Shown here piece by piece: positions 30,203 to 40,011 of a stretch of DNA of 64,000 nucleotides. The first letter of the stretch is position 1. Each line of letters begins with the position of its first letter. This stretch comes from Gammaproteobacteria bacterium (GTDB lineage Bacteria; Pseudomonadota; Gammaproteobacteria; SZUA-229): NCBI GenBank assembly GCA_036567985.1, contig DATCTK010000089.1, forward strand, positions 29,375-93,374, read 5' to 3'. The notes under the pieces are model-generated. The model had not been told where the DNA came from. It searched no databases and worked only from the letters and a program-made list of their open reading frames with translations. A program made the position numbers and the translations under genes.

Positions 30203-30814
30203 ATGTACGCCGGAGAACGCTTTAACAGCATCAGTCACCTGGTAGGTGCCGTCGCCGCACTTGCCGGTGCCGTGGTACTGGTGGTGTATGCATCGATGCA
30301 GGGGGATCCCTGGAAAATTGTCAGCTTCAGTATTTACGGCACCACACTGTTTATGCTGTATCTGTTTTCGGTGCTCTATCACAGCCTGAACGGCGAGGTG
30401 AAAAAGTTTTTTCGCCGGCTGGATCACCTGGCCATCTACCTGCTTATCGCCGGCACCTACACGCCTTTTACCCTGGTAACCCTCAACGGCATCTGGGGCT
30501 GGTGGATTTTCGGCGCAGTCTGGGGGCTGGCATTGCTCGGTATGTTGCTGGAGTTTGTGCCACAAAAACGTCGTATTCTGCCGGTGATTATCTACCTGGT
30601 GATGGGCTGGATTTGCCTGGTTGCACTTGAACCGTTGCTGCAGACCCTGCCCATGGTGGGCTTCTGGTGGCTGCTGGCCGGTGGGCTATTCTATACCGTG
30701 GGCATAGTTTTTTACGCGCTGGACAAGCGACTTAAGCACGCGCACGGCATCTGGCACCTGTTTGTTCTGGCGGGCAGTGTCTGCCATTATTTCTGCGTAC
30801 TGCTGTATGTCTAG
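30203..30814 (+). CDS. hemolysin III / PAQR-family membrane protein
   Basis: 203 aa. Seven TM helices. His-containing motifs (SISHLVGA, LYHSL, HGIWHLFV) typical of the family. Confidence 0.75.
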   Translation: MYAGERFNSISHLVGAVAALAGAVVLVVYASMQGDPWKIVSFSIYGTTLFMLYLFSVLYHSLNGEVKKFFRRLDHLAIYLLIAGTYTPFTLVTLNGIWGWWIFGAVWGLALLGMLLEFVPQKRRILPVIIYLVMGWICLVALEPLLQTLPMVGFWWLLAGGLFYTVGIVFYALDKRLKHAHGIWHLFVLAGSVCHYFCVLLYV

Positions 30815-30908
30815 GCACTTCCCCTGAACTCGAAACAATCATCTTCAGCGCAGGAAAAAAGGCCCTGAGGCACTACACTCATAAAAAGATAAATGACCAG
30901 GTAAACCC

Positions 30909-31892
30909 ATGAAACTGATAGAAGTCATTGCCAACGAAGAAACAACTGAAACCGTATCCGACATTGCCAAACGTAATGCCGCACTGGATTTCAGGCTGGC
31001 ACAAAAACTGGACGATGGACGCCAGGCGATGCGCATTTTATTACAGGATGAAAATGTGCAAGCCACGCTGGATGGTCTGCAGGCGATAATCAGCAGTCAG
31101 CCCAAAGCCCGACTGATCGTGTTTCCGGTGGAAGCCGCCCTGCCACTGCCCAATAAAACCACAACAGCGAAAAAATCTGCCAGCGCCACCTCCAGAGAGG
31201 CGCTGTATGATGCAGTCTCCAAAAATGCCGTACTGGATTCGAATTTTATCGTGCTGGTGATCCTCTCCACCCTGGTGGCGGCGATTGGACTGATCAAGGA
31301 CAATGTCGCAGTGGTCATCGGCGCAATGGTCATTGCACCCTTACTGGGGCCAAACCTGGCGCTGGCACTGGGCACAGCGCTGGGGGATCTGCAGCTGATT
31401 CGCAAATCGATTGTCACCAACCTGGCGGGCATGGCACTTACCGTGGTGCTGTCGATTATCCTCGGTGTACTCTGGCCGTTTGCCATCCACAGTCACGAAC
31501 TGATGTCGCGCACCGATGTGGGGCTCGACTCACTGGCGCTGGCGCTGGCCTCGGGCGCAGCAGCAGCGCTGTCGCTCAGCACCGGTCTGTCCAGTGTACT
31601 GGTGGGAGTGATGGTGGCGGTAGCCCTGTTACCCCCGGCGGCCACCTTCGGCCTGATGCTGGGTCATGGCGAGGTGCAACTGGCGCTGGGCGCGCTGTTA
31701 CTGCTAGCCGCCAACGTGGTGTGCGTTAACCTGGCCACCAAGGTGGTGTTTATGGTCAAGGGCATCAGCCCGCGCACCTGGTTTATGAAAGAAAAAGCGC
31801 GGCGCCGCATGTATATTTATATTGCCCTGTGGCTGTTCAGCCTGCTGGTGCTGGCGGTGGTGATTTATCTGCGTGGCAATATGCAGGGCTAA
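30909..31892 (+). CDS. DUF389 / TIGR00341-type membrane protein
   Basis: 327 aa. Soluble N-terminal region, then a multi-TM glycine-rich C-terminus. A family guess from overall architecture. Confidence 0.45.
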   Translation: MKLIEVIANEETTETVSDIAKRNAALDFRLAQKLDDGRQAMRILLQDENVQATLDGLQAIISSQPKARLIVFPVEAALPLPNKTTTAKKSASATSREALYDAVSKNAVLDSNFIVLVILSTLVAAIGLIKDNVAVVIGAMVIAPLLGPNLALALGTALGDLQLIRKSIVTNLAGMALTVVLSIILGVLWPFAIHSHELMSRTDVGLDSLALALASGAAAALSLSTGLSSVLVGVMVAVALLPPAATFGLMLGHGEVQLALGALLLLAANVVCVNLATKVVFMVKGISPRTWFMKEKARRRMYIYIALWLFSLLVLAVVIYLRGNMQG

Positions 31893-32054
31893 ATTCCCTG
31901 CAGAACTGAACCGCCTTGTGAAAATTGATTTATGTGGATGTTTGAAGTTTTCTGGCCGTTCAATTTGCATTAGTCAAGGATCCATCGGATCTTGTGCAGC
32001 ATGGCTTGCTCTATAGCATTCTTGACAATCAACTCAACTGTCTTATCTAAGGAA

Positions 32055-32087
32055 GCTCTGAATAATTCATCCATGAATTATCAGAGC
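32055..32087. repeat. 33-bp near-palindromic core of a ~90-bp intergenic element. A paralogous copy lies at 4409-4441.
   Basis: GCTCTGAATAATTCATCCATGAATTATCAGAGC here, against GCTCTAAACAATTCATCCATAAATTCTCAGAGC at 4409-4441. Similarity extends ~60 bp further (AGAGCA..AACA.A..CA..AT.AAA ... TTTTCAAT). Confidence 0.7.
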
Positions 32088-32230
32088 AAAAACAAATCAA
32101 AATGCGATTTCGATTTGTTTTTAATTTTCAATAACTTAACAGTTATTGAAAATGGCGGCACATCCCTGTGCCGCGGAACCTCTGAGTTTTTCAGAGGTTC
32201 CCTAAATTTTCCTTCACGATATTTTTAACT

Positions 32231-32682
32231 GTGCTTTTTCGCCTTTCTGGCGACTCACTTCTTTTTCTGCAGCAAAAAAGAAGTAAGCAAGAAAATGCCG
32301 TTCCCGGTCACTTGCCCGCAAAAGGCGGCGGGTTCCCGAAAATGCTGTGAGACGGTATTTTGTTTTGGATAAGCTTATTGATTGAACTGTCTTCGTTGCC
32401 GGGTCGTGCTGGAGTGCCATCCAGGCACATCATCACTCAAAATCACGTCCTGTGATTTTGCCCCTGCGTAGAAAGCATTTTCGGCAAGTGACAGGGAAGT
32501 TTGTCGCAAGACCTTCGTTTGAAAAGCAATTTGACCGTTCGGTATGGAGCTGTTTCCCCTTCGCACAAGCTGATGAGCGAGTGATTTTTGTGGAGGCTGT
32601 ATTCCGGACGTCCTGCCCTTCACCCTTCGGGCCAGGGATGGCTTTCGTAAAGAAGTAAGTCGCCAGAAAGACGAAATAGCAC
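32231..32682. repeat. ~450-bp segment bounded by 34-bp imperfect terminal inverted repeats. It is MITE-like or a structured RNA.
   Basis: Left arm GTGCTTTTTCGCCTTTCTGGCGACTCACTTCTTT (32231-32264). Reverse complement of the right arm (32649-32682): GTGCTATTTCGTCTTTCTGGCGACTTACTTCTTT, 31 of 34 identical. The interior has only short unconvincing ORFs and a 9-bp-stem hairpin at 32436-32458. Two strong hairpins lie just outside at 32157-32206. Confidence 0.5.
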
Positions 32683-32748
32683 GATCCCGAATCTCATCAA
32701 GGCAAACTATAAAACATGACATTAATGCTGATACTGAGAAATACGCAC

Positions 32749-33702
32749 TTACCTGGAAAAGCTACCAAACCAGAAATCAATACTCTTGTTAAGGAACTCG
32801 TCAAAACGCATGTAATGGGAACCGTCGCAGGAAAAATTCAGACCCACCATGCCATTAATTACATTCAGTGAACCGGCACGCAGATAGATATTTTCATCGG
32901 CAAAGCGAAGCTCACGAAATATTTCAAACACCGGCATCACCATATCTTCCGGCACGATAGCCCGTTCATGATAAGGATGACGCGGATATGCCAGGCAAAT
33001 TTCTGGATCAATAATCTCGTCAATATTGAGAATACGGTAACTGAAGGGGTCATCTACCATCCAGACAGTGGCGCGGCTGCTGGAGAAATGCAGCTTGCCA
33101 TGAAAAACACCGTGTTCTGTCATCAGCTCTGTCATAATCGGCAGCACTTCATCCAGGTGCTTGTCCATCTGGCTATCTGCGCGCTGCTGGTTGAACACCA
33201 CACTGCGAATTGCCGGATCGCCTTTTACCTGGCGCCAGTTATCCGGCTCGCGATACCGCTCCTTGATTCCCGGCAGTTCACGCAGGTCGAAATCGGCACC
33301 AAGAAACCCGACCCGCTTGCCCTGCTCGCTGCGTATCACCTGAATCGCGGTAAGGGATGGCCGTTTTTTATTGCGGCTGATATAGGCATCGGATAATTTA
33401 AAGTCGGTGCTGCCGATAATACCCACCATATACGGCCGATCCATACGGTCACGACCGAAATGCGCGGCATCGTGGCCATCAGCAATAATATTATCGGTAA
33501 TCTGTACACCGTTGGCATCCAGCACATAGAGGTGTTTACAGTAGGAAAATTGCGGCAATGCCTCGGACAACAATGCCTGTAACTCCTGTTTGTTCCCTAA
33601 CAGCGGCGCGCAGCTGGCCGCCAGGTTGAACATCTGCTCACCCAGCATGGCGGTTAAAGCCTCACGCTGTGCACGGATGGCGACTTTAAGACTATCAGTC
33701 AT
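32749..33702 (-). CDS. uncharacterised cytoplasmic protein; no family recognised
   Basis: 317 aa, no signal peptide, a clean ORF. Same strand as, and 227 bp downstream of, a PilZ-domain gene. Confidence 0.5.
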   Translation of the reverse strand: MTDSLKVAIRAQREALTAMLGEQMFNLAASCAPLLGNKQELQALLSEALPQFSYCKHLYVLDANGVQITDNIIADGHDAAHFGRDRMDRPYMVGIIGSTDFKLSDAYISRNKKRPSLTAIQVIRSEQGKRVGFLGADFDLRELPGIKERYREPDNWRQVKGDPAIRSVVFNQQRADSQMDKHLDEVLPIMTELMTEHGVFHGKLHFSSSRATVWMVDDPFSYRILNIDEIIDPEICLAYPRHPYHERAIVPEDMVMPVFEIFRELRFADENIYLRAGSLNVINGMVGLNFSCDGSHYMRFDEFLNKSIDFWFGSFSR

Positions 33703-33929
33703 AGGGTTCCTTCAACTTTGCAATACGGGGTTGCCTTTAATGATACCAGTATACGCGTGAGCAACAAGTTGAAAGCTGCGCGAATATGCAATGTATCACG
33801 CAAGAGTCACGCTAACAGCAAATGACAGCAAATATTATATGAAAATCCAGTTGATAGCTGCTGCACAGACCCGCAGCGATTAACGCCTGACACTGGCAGT
33901 CGGGAACTTAATGAGTAACTTAAAGGCTA

Positions 33930-34259
33930 TTAATGATTACTGGAGAAGTTATTCATTATGTACAGTGTTTCTGCACGAATCAGGCTGAGCGGTAACGGCG
34001 TTTCCAGTTGCAGACCTGCATAACCTTCATCAATGCGCACCACCTGACCACTGAGGTCAAACTCCTTGCCATCGGGAAATGCAATGACCGCACGAATGCT
34101 GTCCTTAACCATAAACGCGGGGTCTTCGTCGATTCTGACTTTCATACCATATTCAGATACGTCTTCGATTTCATACTGGTCGATATCCACCACCAGGGAT
34201 GGGCGATATGCTTGCGGATAGGCGAGTCGAAAATACTCGCGCTGATTGTAATCGTTCAT
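33930..34259 (-). CDS. PilZ-domain protein, a putative c-di-GMP receptor
   Basis: 109 aa. RxxxR (QREYFR) and D-x-S-x-x-G (DVSEYG) motifs at PilZ-typical spacing. Confidence 0.6.
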   Translation of the reverse strand: MNDYNQREYFRLAYPQAYRPSLVVDIDQYEIEDVSEYGMKVRIDEDPAFMVKDSIRAVIAFPDGKEFDLSGQVVRIDEGYAGLQLETPLPLSLIRAETLYIMNNFSSNH

Positions 34260-34647
34260 GATTTACCCTGTGACTCTTTTTATAATTTTTGTGTTTATTC
34301 ATTTGTTTTTTTATGTTCTTTAATCCGTTGATTAATGAACATTGCAGCCTGTTTATATGCCGCATCAGGCCTGAAATCATCAGTGCCTGCCCCTGAAAAA
34401 ACGCCTGCCTACAATAACCTGGCCAATAATACCCGTGACGTTTTTTACGACTTATTATCCCTTAAAAACAAACGCTTGCACCATTACCCGAACGGGTTAA
34501 AATCAGCCTCCACAACAAATAATATGCTTTTTATAGCGAGTTCAGCCACAGATTGCCAGGCATTTTTTCAAGCATAAACATTAATAATGGCCTGAATATT
34601 AAAAATCTCGTTTAAATACCCTGTTTTATACGTTTACGCCCACAGGC

Positions 34648-37600
34648 CTATTGCAAACGCTTTAACTCATACTGTTTCATTAACAGAAACACCGCAGGCA
34701 ACACCACCAGTGTTAGCAGTGTGGCACTGACCATGCCCCCCACCATGGGCGCGGCGATACGCCGCATCACCTCGGAGCCGGTACCACTGCCCAGCATAAT
34801 CGGCAGCAGACCGGCAATGGTGGCAAACACCGTCATCAGTATGGGGCGCACCCGTAGCAGCGCACCGTCAATCACCGCTTCGCGCAGCTCCTGCAGACTG
34901 ACCTCACGTTTTTGCTGTATCGCCAGTTGCTGTTTTTCAGCATAAGCCTGGTTCAGGTACACCAGCATCACCACACCGATTTCAACCGCGGTGCCCGCCA
35001 GTGCGATAAAGCCCACGCCCACCGCCACCGACAGGTTATAGCCCAGTAGATACAGCAGCCAGAAACCACCCGCCAGAGCCAGCGGCAGGGTTCCCATAAT
35101 CAGTGCCACCTCAGAAACATTTCTGAAGTTCATATACAGTAACAACAGGATGATACCCAGGGTCACCGGCACCACCGCCGATAAGCGCTGTTTGGCGCGG
35201 AGCATATACTCATACTGCCCCGACCAGGCAATCGAATAACCCGCCGGCAGTTCCAGCTGCTCAGCTACCACGCGCTGCGCGTTGGCCACGTAGCTTCCCA
35301 GGTCACGGTCGCGGATATCCACAAACACCCAGCCATTGGGGCGGGCATTTTCACTTTTGATCATCGCGGGCCCCATCTCCAGCTGGATGCTGGCGACACT
35401 GCCCAGCGCAATGCTGGCGCCATCGGGGGTCACCACCGGCAGGTTTTCCAGCTTCTGCAATGAGTCCCGCAGATCACGGGGGTAGCGTATATTGACCGGA
35501 TAGCGCTCCAGCCCTTCCACCGACTCGGTGATATTCATGCCCCCCAGTGCACTGCCGATCACATCGTGGACATCGGCTATGTTCAGGCCGAAGCGTGCGG
35601 CGGCGCGACGGTCCACATCCATGGTGATATAGCGTCCTGCCGCCACCCGTTCTGCATAGGCAGAGGCCGTACCCGGCACCTGTTTAATCAGTTCTTCCAG
35701 GCGCTTGCCAATGTCCTGTATCACCGCCAGATCCGGCCCCGCAATTTTGATACCCACCGGCGTCTTTATACCGGTTGCGAGCATATCGATACGGGTTTTG
35801 ATCGGCATCACCCAGGCATTGGTGAGGCCGGGAAAACGAATCAGCTGATTCAGTTCCTGTTTGAGCTTTTCCGTGGTCATACCCTCACGCCACTCGCTTT
35901 TCGGCTTGAGCTGTACCGTGGTTTCAATCATGGTCAGTGGTGCAGGGTCAGTCGCGGTATCGGCGCGACCGATCTTGCCGAATACGGTTTTGACTTCCGG
36001 CACGGTTTTAATCAGCTTGTCGGTCTGCTGCAATAGTTCCTGCGCTTTACCGATAGAGAGCCCGGGATAGGTGGTGGGCATATACATTAAATCGCCCTCG
36101 TCCATATCCGGCATAAACTCCGAACCCAGCTGGGATAATGGCCACAGGGAAACAAGCACAAACAAGGCCGCTAGCAATGTGACGCTGACAGGCGCACGCA
36201 ACACCAGATTAATAAACGGTGCATAAATGGCTTTTAACAGCCGGTTTATCGGGTTTTTATGTTCAGCGATAATTCTGCCACGAATAAAATAGCCCATGAG
36301 CACCGGCACCAGGGTGATTGCCAGACCAGCCGCGGCTGCCATGGCAAAGGTTTTGGTATAGGCCAGCGGCGCAAATAGTTTTCCTTCCTGTGCCTCCAGG
36401 GTAAACACCGGCATAAAACTCAGGGTAATAATCATCAACGAATAGAAAATCGGTTTACCCACTTCGCTGGCGGAGTCCGCCACCAGTTGCCAGCGCTGTT
36501 TGCTGCTGAGCTGGCCGTGCTTTTCTGTGGCCCGTTCAATATGCTTGTGCATATTTTCGATCATCACAATCGCCGCATCCACCATTACACCCACCGCGAT
36601 GGCAATACCCCCCAGCGACATGATATTGGCATTCATCTGCTGCGTGTGCATGATAATAAACGCACTGAGAATACCCAGTGGCAATGACAACACCAGCACC
36701 AGTGAACTGCGGAAATGAAACAGAAATACCGCGCAGATCAACGCGACAATTATAAATTCTTCCAGCAACTTGCTGCTTAAATTATCCACCGCCCGTTCGA
36801 TTAACTGCGAACGGTTATAGGTTTCGATGATCTCCACCCCATCGGGCAGGCTTTTTTTCAGGCTTTGCAGTTTTTCTTTTACATTGGCGATAGTCTGTAA
36901 GGCATTTTCACCGTAACGCATCACCACCACTGCACCGGCTACTTCACCTTCGCCATCCAGTTCGGCAATACCGCGACGCATTTGCGGCCCCACTCGAATA
37001 TGCGCCACATCCTTTAGCAGCAGCGGCGAACCGGCGTGATTGATTCCCAGCGGAATCTGTTGCAGGTCGTCAATCGACTGAATATAACCGGTGGCGCGCA
37101 CCATATATTCCGCTTCCGCCATTTCGATCACCGAACCACCGGTTTCCTGGTTAGCGGACTTGATCGCATTTTTAATTCGTCCGATCGTGAGGCCATAGGC
37201 ACGCAGTGCATTGGGCTGCAATACCACCTGGTACTGTTTAACCATGCCACCGATGCTGGCCACTTCCGCCACGCCGGGTACGGCCTGCAATTCAAATTTC
37301 AGAAACCAGTCCTGCAATGATCGCAGCTGGGCCAAATCATGTTTGCCAGTCCGATCCACCAGTGCATATTCATACACCCAGCCCACACCGGTGGCATCCG
37401 GCCCCAGGCTGGACCGCGCACCTTCAGGGAAACCGCTGGTGACCTGGCTCAGGTATTCCAGTACACGGGAACGTGCCCAGTAGGGATCTGTGCCGTCTTC
37501 GAAAATCACATACACATAGGAATCACCAAAAAAGGAATAGCCGCGCACATTGGTGGCTTTGGGTACAGATAACATGGAGCTGGTGAGTGGATAGGTGATC

Positions 37601-37791
37601 TGGTCTTCCACTACCCGCGGCGCCTGCCCCGGGTAGCTGGTTTTTATAATCACCTGCACATCGGATAAATCGGGAATCGCATCCAGCGGCGTGTTTTTAA
37701 CTGAATAGATGCCCCAGCCGGTGAGCATAATCGCCAGCAATATCACGATCAGGCGGTTTTTAATCGACCAGTCAATGATCGCGGCAATCAT
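34648..37791 (-). CDS. cusA: second CusA/CzcA-family heavy-metal efflux RND permease (paralog)
   Basis: 1047 aa. Highly similar to the 6658-9780 product (e.g. [21 protein letters not shown] identical). It overlaps the upstream cusB-like gene by ATGA. Confidence 0.92.
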   Translation of the reverse strand: [1047 protein letters not shown]

Positions 37792-39233
37792 TGTGCTGTC
37801 TCCTGCGCCTGCTCATTCTGCTTTTGTTCAGTCGGAGCCTGCATGCGGTTTAAACTGGCCTTGAGCCCGGCTTCTGAATCGATCAGAAACTGCGCCGAGG
37901 TCACCACGCGTTCGCCTTCGCGCACACCGGATTTAATCTCGATCCATTCACCGGATTCCAGCCCGGTCACCACCTGCCGCGCCTGGTAACGCCCTTCATC
38001 GGTTTTAATAATCAGCCGTTGCTGATTGCCACTGCGGATCACCGCTTCACGGGGCACACTCAATACATTGTCTAGTGCACCGGCATAGATCACCACATTG
38101 GCGTACATATTGGGCTTGAGTTGTTCCTCGGGGTTAGCAAACTGCAGTCGCACCTGCAGACTGCGGGTTGCCTGGTTCAATACCGGGTAAATATGATCAA
38201 CGCTGCCCTGCCAGATTTTTCCCGGCTGATACAGCAGGCTGACTTCCGCGCTCTGCTGTTTCTGCACCCAGTCACTCTGCCCTTCAAACACATCCGCCAG
38301 CACCCAGACACTGGACAGGTCCGCCAGCGTCATCACCTGGGTCTGCGGCTGCAGGTACATACCTTCACGCACATTCAACATGGTGACCACACCGTCCTGC
38401 GGTGCATGGATACTGATGGTTTGCGGCACCCGGCGTGTGGATGAAAGCTGTTTTATCTGTGATTCACTCACACCCAGCGCGCGCAGTTTTCCCTGCGCGG
38501 CGTCAGTTAATCGCTGATTGCTGGAGCGCAATGTCTGCACATATTCCGCCATGGCATTTACCAGTTCCGGCGAATAGACATCGAACAATCGCTGACCTTT
38601 TTTAACCCGGTCACCTTCGATATTCACCGCGAGGTTTTCAATCCAGCCATCCACGCGTAAATGAATATGACTCACCCTGGATTCATCCAGTGTCACATAA
38701 CCCACGGTGCTGATTTTGCGCCACAATTTTCCCGACTCGACTAGCTGGGTACGCACGCCAAGGTTGTGTTCCACTTCAGGTGAAATACGCACCCCGTCAG
38801 CTGTGGCTGTATTGTCTTCTGCATACACCGGCACCAGGTCCATGCCCATGGGCGACTTGCCCGGCTGGTCACGGCGGTAACTGTCATCCATGGGCGCGAC
38901 CCAGTAGAGAATTTGCTTTTCTGTCGATGCTTTATCGCTGTGTTCAGGCTCATTCATATCTGATTCAATCGGCACCAGGCCCATGCCGCAAATGGGACAA
39001 TTACCCGGCTCGTCTCGAATCACATCCGGGTGCATCGGACACTGGTAATCCGCATCCAGGTGTTTTGCACTGTGCTCCAGTGCAGATTCGTTTTCCAGGG
39101 TGCTTGCCGATTTTGAGAATAACCAGCTCACTGTAAAGCCTGCGGCAATTAACAGCAGAATCAGCAGCAAAATCAAAACCAGCCGACTCTGTTTATTAAA
39201 ACGGTGAATCCCCTGTTTATCAGTAGCAGCCAT
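37788..39233 (-). CDS. cusB: RND periplasmic adaptor (CusB-like) with an N-terminal CPMHP...CPICGM heavy-metal-binding domain
   Basis: 481 aa. A TM/signal segment, then YQCPMHPDVIRDEPGNCPICGMGLVPI (the same module as the CopA N-terminal repeats), then the MFP core. No CusF-like tail. Confidence 0.85.
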   Translation of the reverse strand: MAATDKQGIHRFNKQSRLVLILLLILLLIAAGFTVSWLFSKSASTLENESALEHSAKHLDADYQCPMHPDVIRDEPGNCPICGMGLVPIESDMNEPEHSDKASTEKQILYWVAPMDDSYRRDQPGKSPMGMDLVPVYAEDNTATADGVRISPEVEHNLGVRTQLVESGKLWRKISTVGYVTLDESRVSHIHLRVDGWIENLAVNIEGDRVKKGQRLFDVYSPELVNAMAEYVQTLRSSNQRLTDAAQGKLRALGVSESQIKQLSSTRRVPQTISIHAPQDGVVTMLNVREGMYLQPQTQVMTLADLSSVWVLADVFEGQSDWVQKQQSAEVSLLYQPGKIWQGSVDHIYPVLNQATRSLQVRLQFANPEEQLKPNMYANVVIYAGALDNVLSVPREAVIRSGNQQRLIIKTDEGRYQARQVVTGLESGEWIEIKSGVREGERVVTSAQFLIDSEAGLKASLNRMQAPTEQKQNEQAQETAQ

Positions 39234-39373
39234 AGCACACCTCCGTTAAACACAGCAGGCATAAACTCGACGGACTAAACAGCGTTGATGTTGAAATTTT
39301 CATTGGACGTACCTTCACAGTTAAGCACAGAAAAACCTGCAAATAGCATTGCAGACACGGGCGTGAAGGTCGT

Positions 39374-39862
39374 TTAGATTAACAGAACAGTATTAAGACT
39401 TAAGGGAGGCCGACTGGTTTGCCGGTAATGAAGATCCTGGTAACGCAGGCTGACAGCATCCACTAACTGCGTGGTATCTGCCTGTAATTCAAAACTTACG
39501 GGATAAAAAGCCAGTGCTGCAAACAGCTGCAAGGCAGCGGCCTGCTGGAACAGCTTATCCTGCTGCGCTTCCACTGCATCACACAGAGCCGGTGGGCAGC
39601 AACAGCCGTTATCGCTCGATGCATTAGCCGAAACGATGGGCGTTACGTCAGCCGGCTGACCGGCCTGCATTTCACAATGTGATTTCTGCACCGGCTCGAC
39701 ACTAATGGTTTTATGCTGCTGCATAGCCTGCTGCATAGCCTGCTGCATCGCAGCATGCAGCGGCATCTGCATGCTCATATTTAAAACCGACAGCACAAAC
39801 AGCGCCAGCACCCAGCGGGCGGCGCGTTTAAGTTGCATGGGTCGGTTCAGTTTAAGCATCAT
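39374..39862 (-). CDS. secreted hypothetical protein with a (AMQQ)x3 repeat and a CCCPP Cys cluster. First gene of the second cusBA operon.
   Basis: 162 aa. Signal peptide. The DNA shows a 12-bp x3 tandem repeat (ctgcatagcctg) at ~39720-39760. Contains HCEMQ and GCCCPPALC. Confidence 0.45.
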   Translation of the reverse strand: MMLKLNRPMQLKRAARWVLALFVLSVLNMSMQMPLHAAMQQAMQQAMQQHKTISVEPVQKSHCEMQAGQPADVTPIVSANASSDNGCCCPPALCDAVEAQQDKLFQQAAALQLFAALAFYPVSFELQADTTQLVDAVSLRYQDLHYRQTSRPPLSLNTVLLI

Positions 39863-39946
39863 GGTTCTGATTATAGCAAATCGCTATTAAGTGACAATGC
39901 TGGGATTTACTGGTTCCACTGTACCTGATGTGATCCTACGTGAGAT

Positions 39947-39977
39947 GTCGTTAGTCGTTCGTCCTTCGTCATTAGTC
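39947..39977. repeat. degenerate GTCNTTN heptad array (GTCGTTA, GTCGTTC, GTCCTTC, GTCATTA, GTC), related to the 28414-28483 array
   Basis: 7-bp periodicity in the upstream region of the 39862 operon. It has the same register and strand as the (GTCTTTC)/(GTCATTC) array upstream of the ykgJ-like gene. Confidence 0.6.
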
Positions 39978-40011
39978 AAAAGCGTTCATCACACAGCTTG
40001 TGTGATTCCGG

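Noticed and set aside
32157-32206. Two back-to-back perfect hairpins considered as a rho-independent terminator
   Set aside because: Neither orientation has a convincing U-tract immediately after the stem; + has CTAAATTTTCC and − has ATTTTCAAT. The nearest converging genes are hundreds of bp away. The hairpins are kept only as part of the structured-region finding.
32375-32722. 115-aa (minus) and 68-aa (plus, 32452-32658) ORFs inside the TIR-bounded element
   Set aside because: They overlap each other on opposite strands, have no RBS and no recognisable domains, and sit inside a region dominated by inverted repeats and hairpins. They are more plausibly non-coding.
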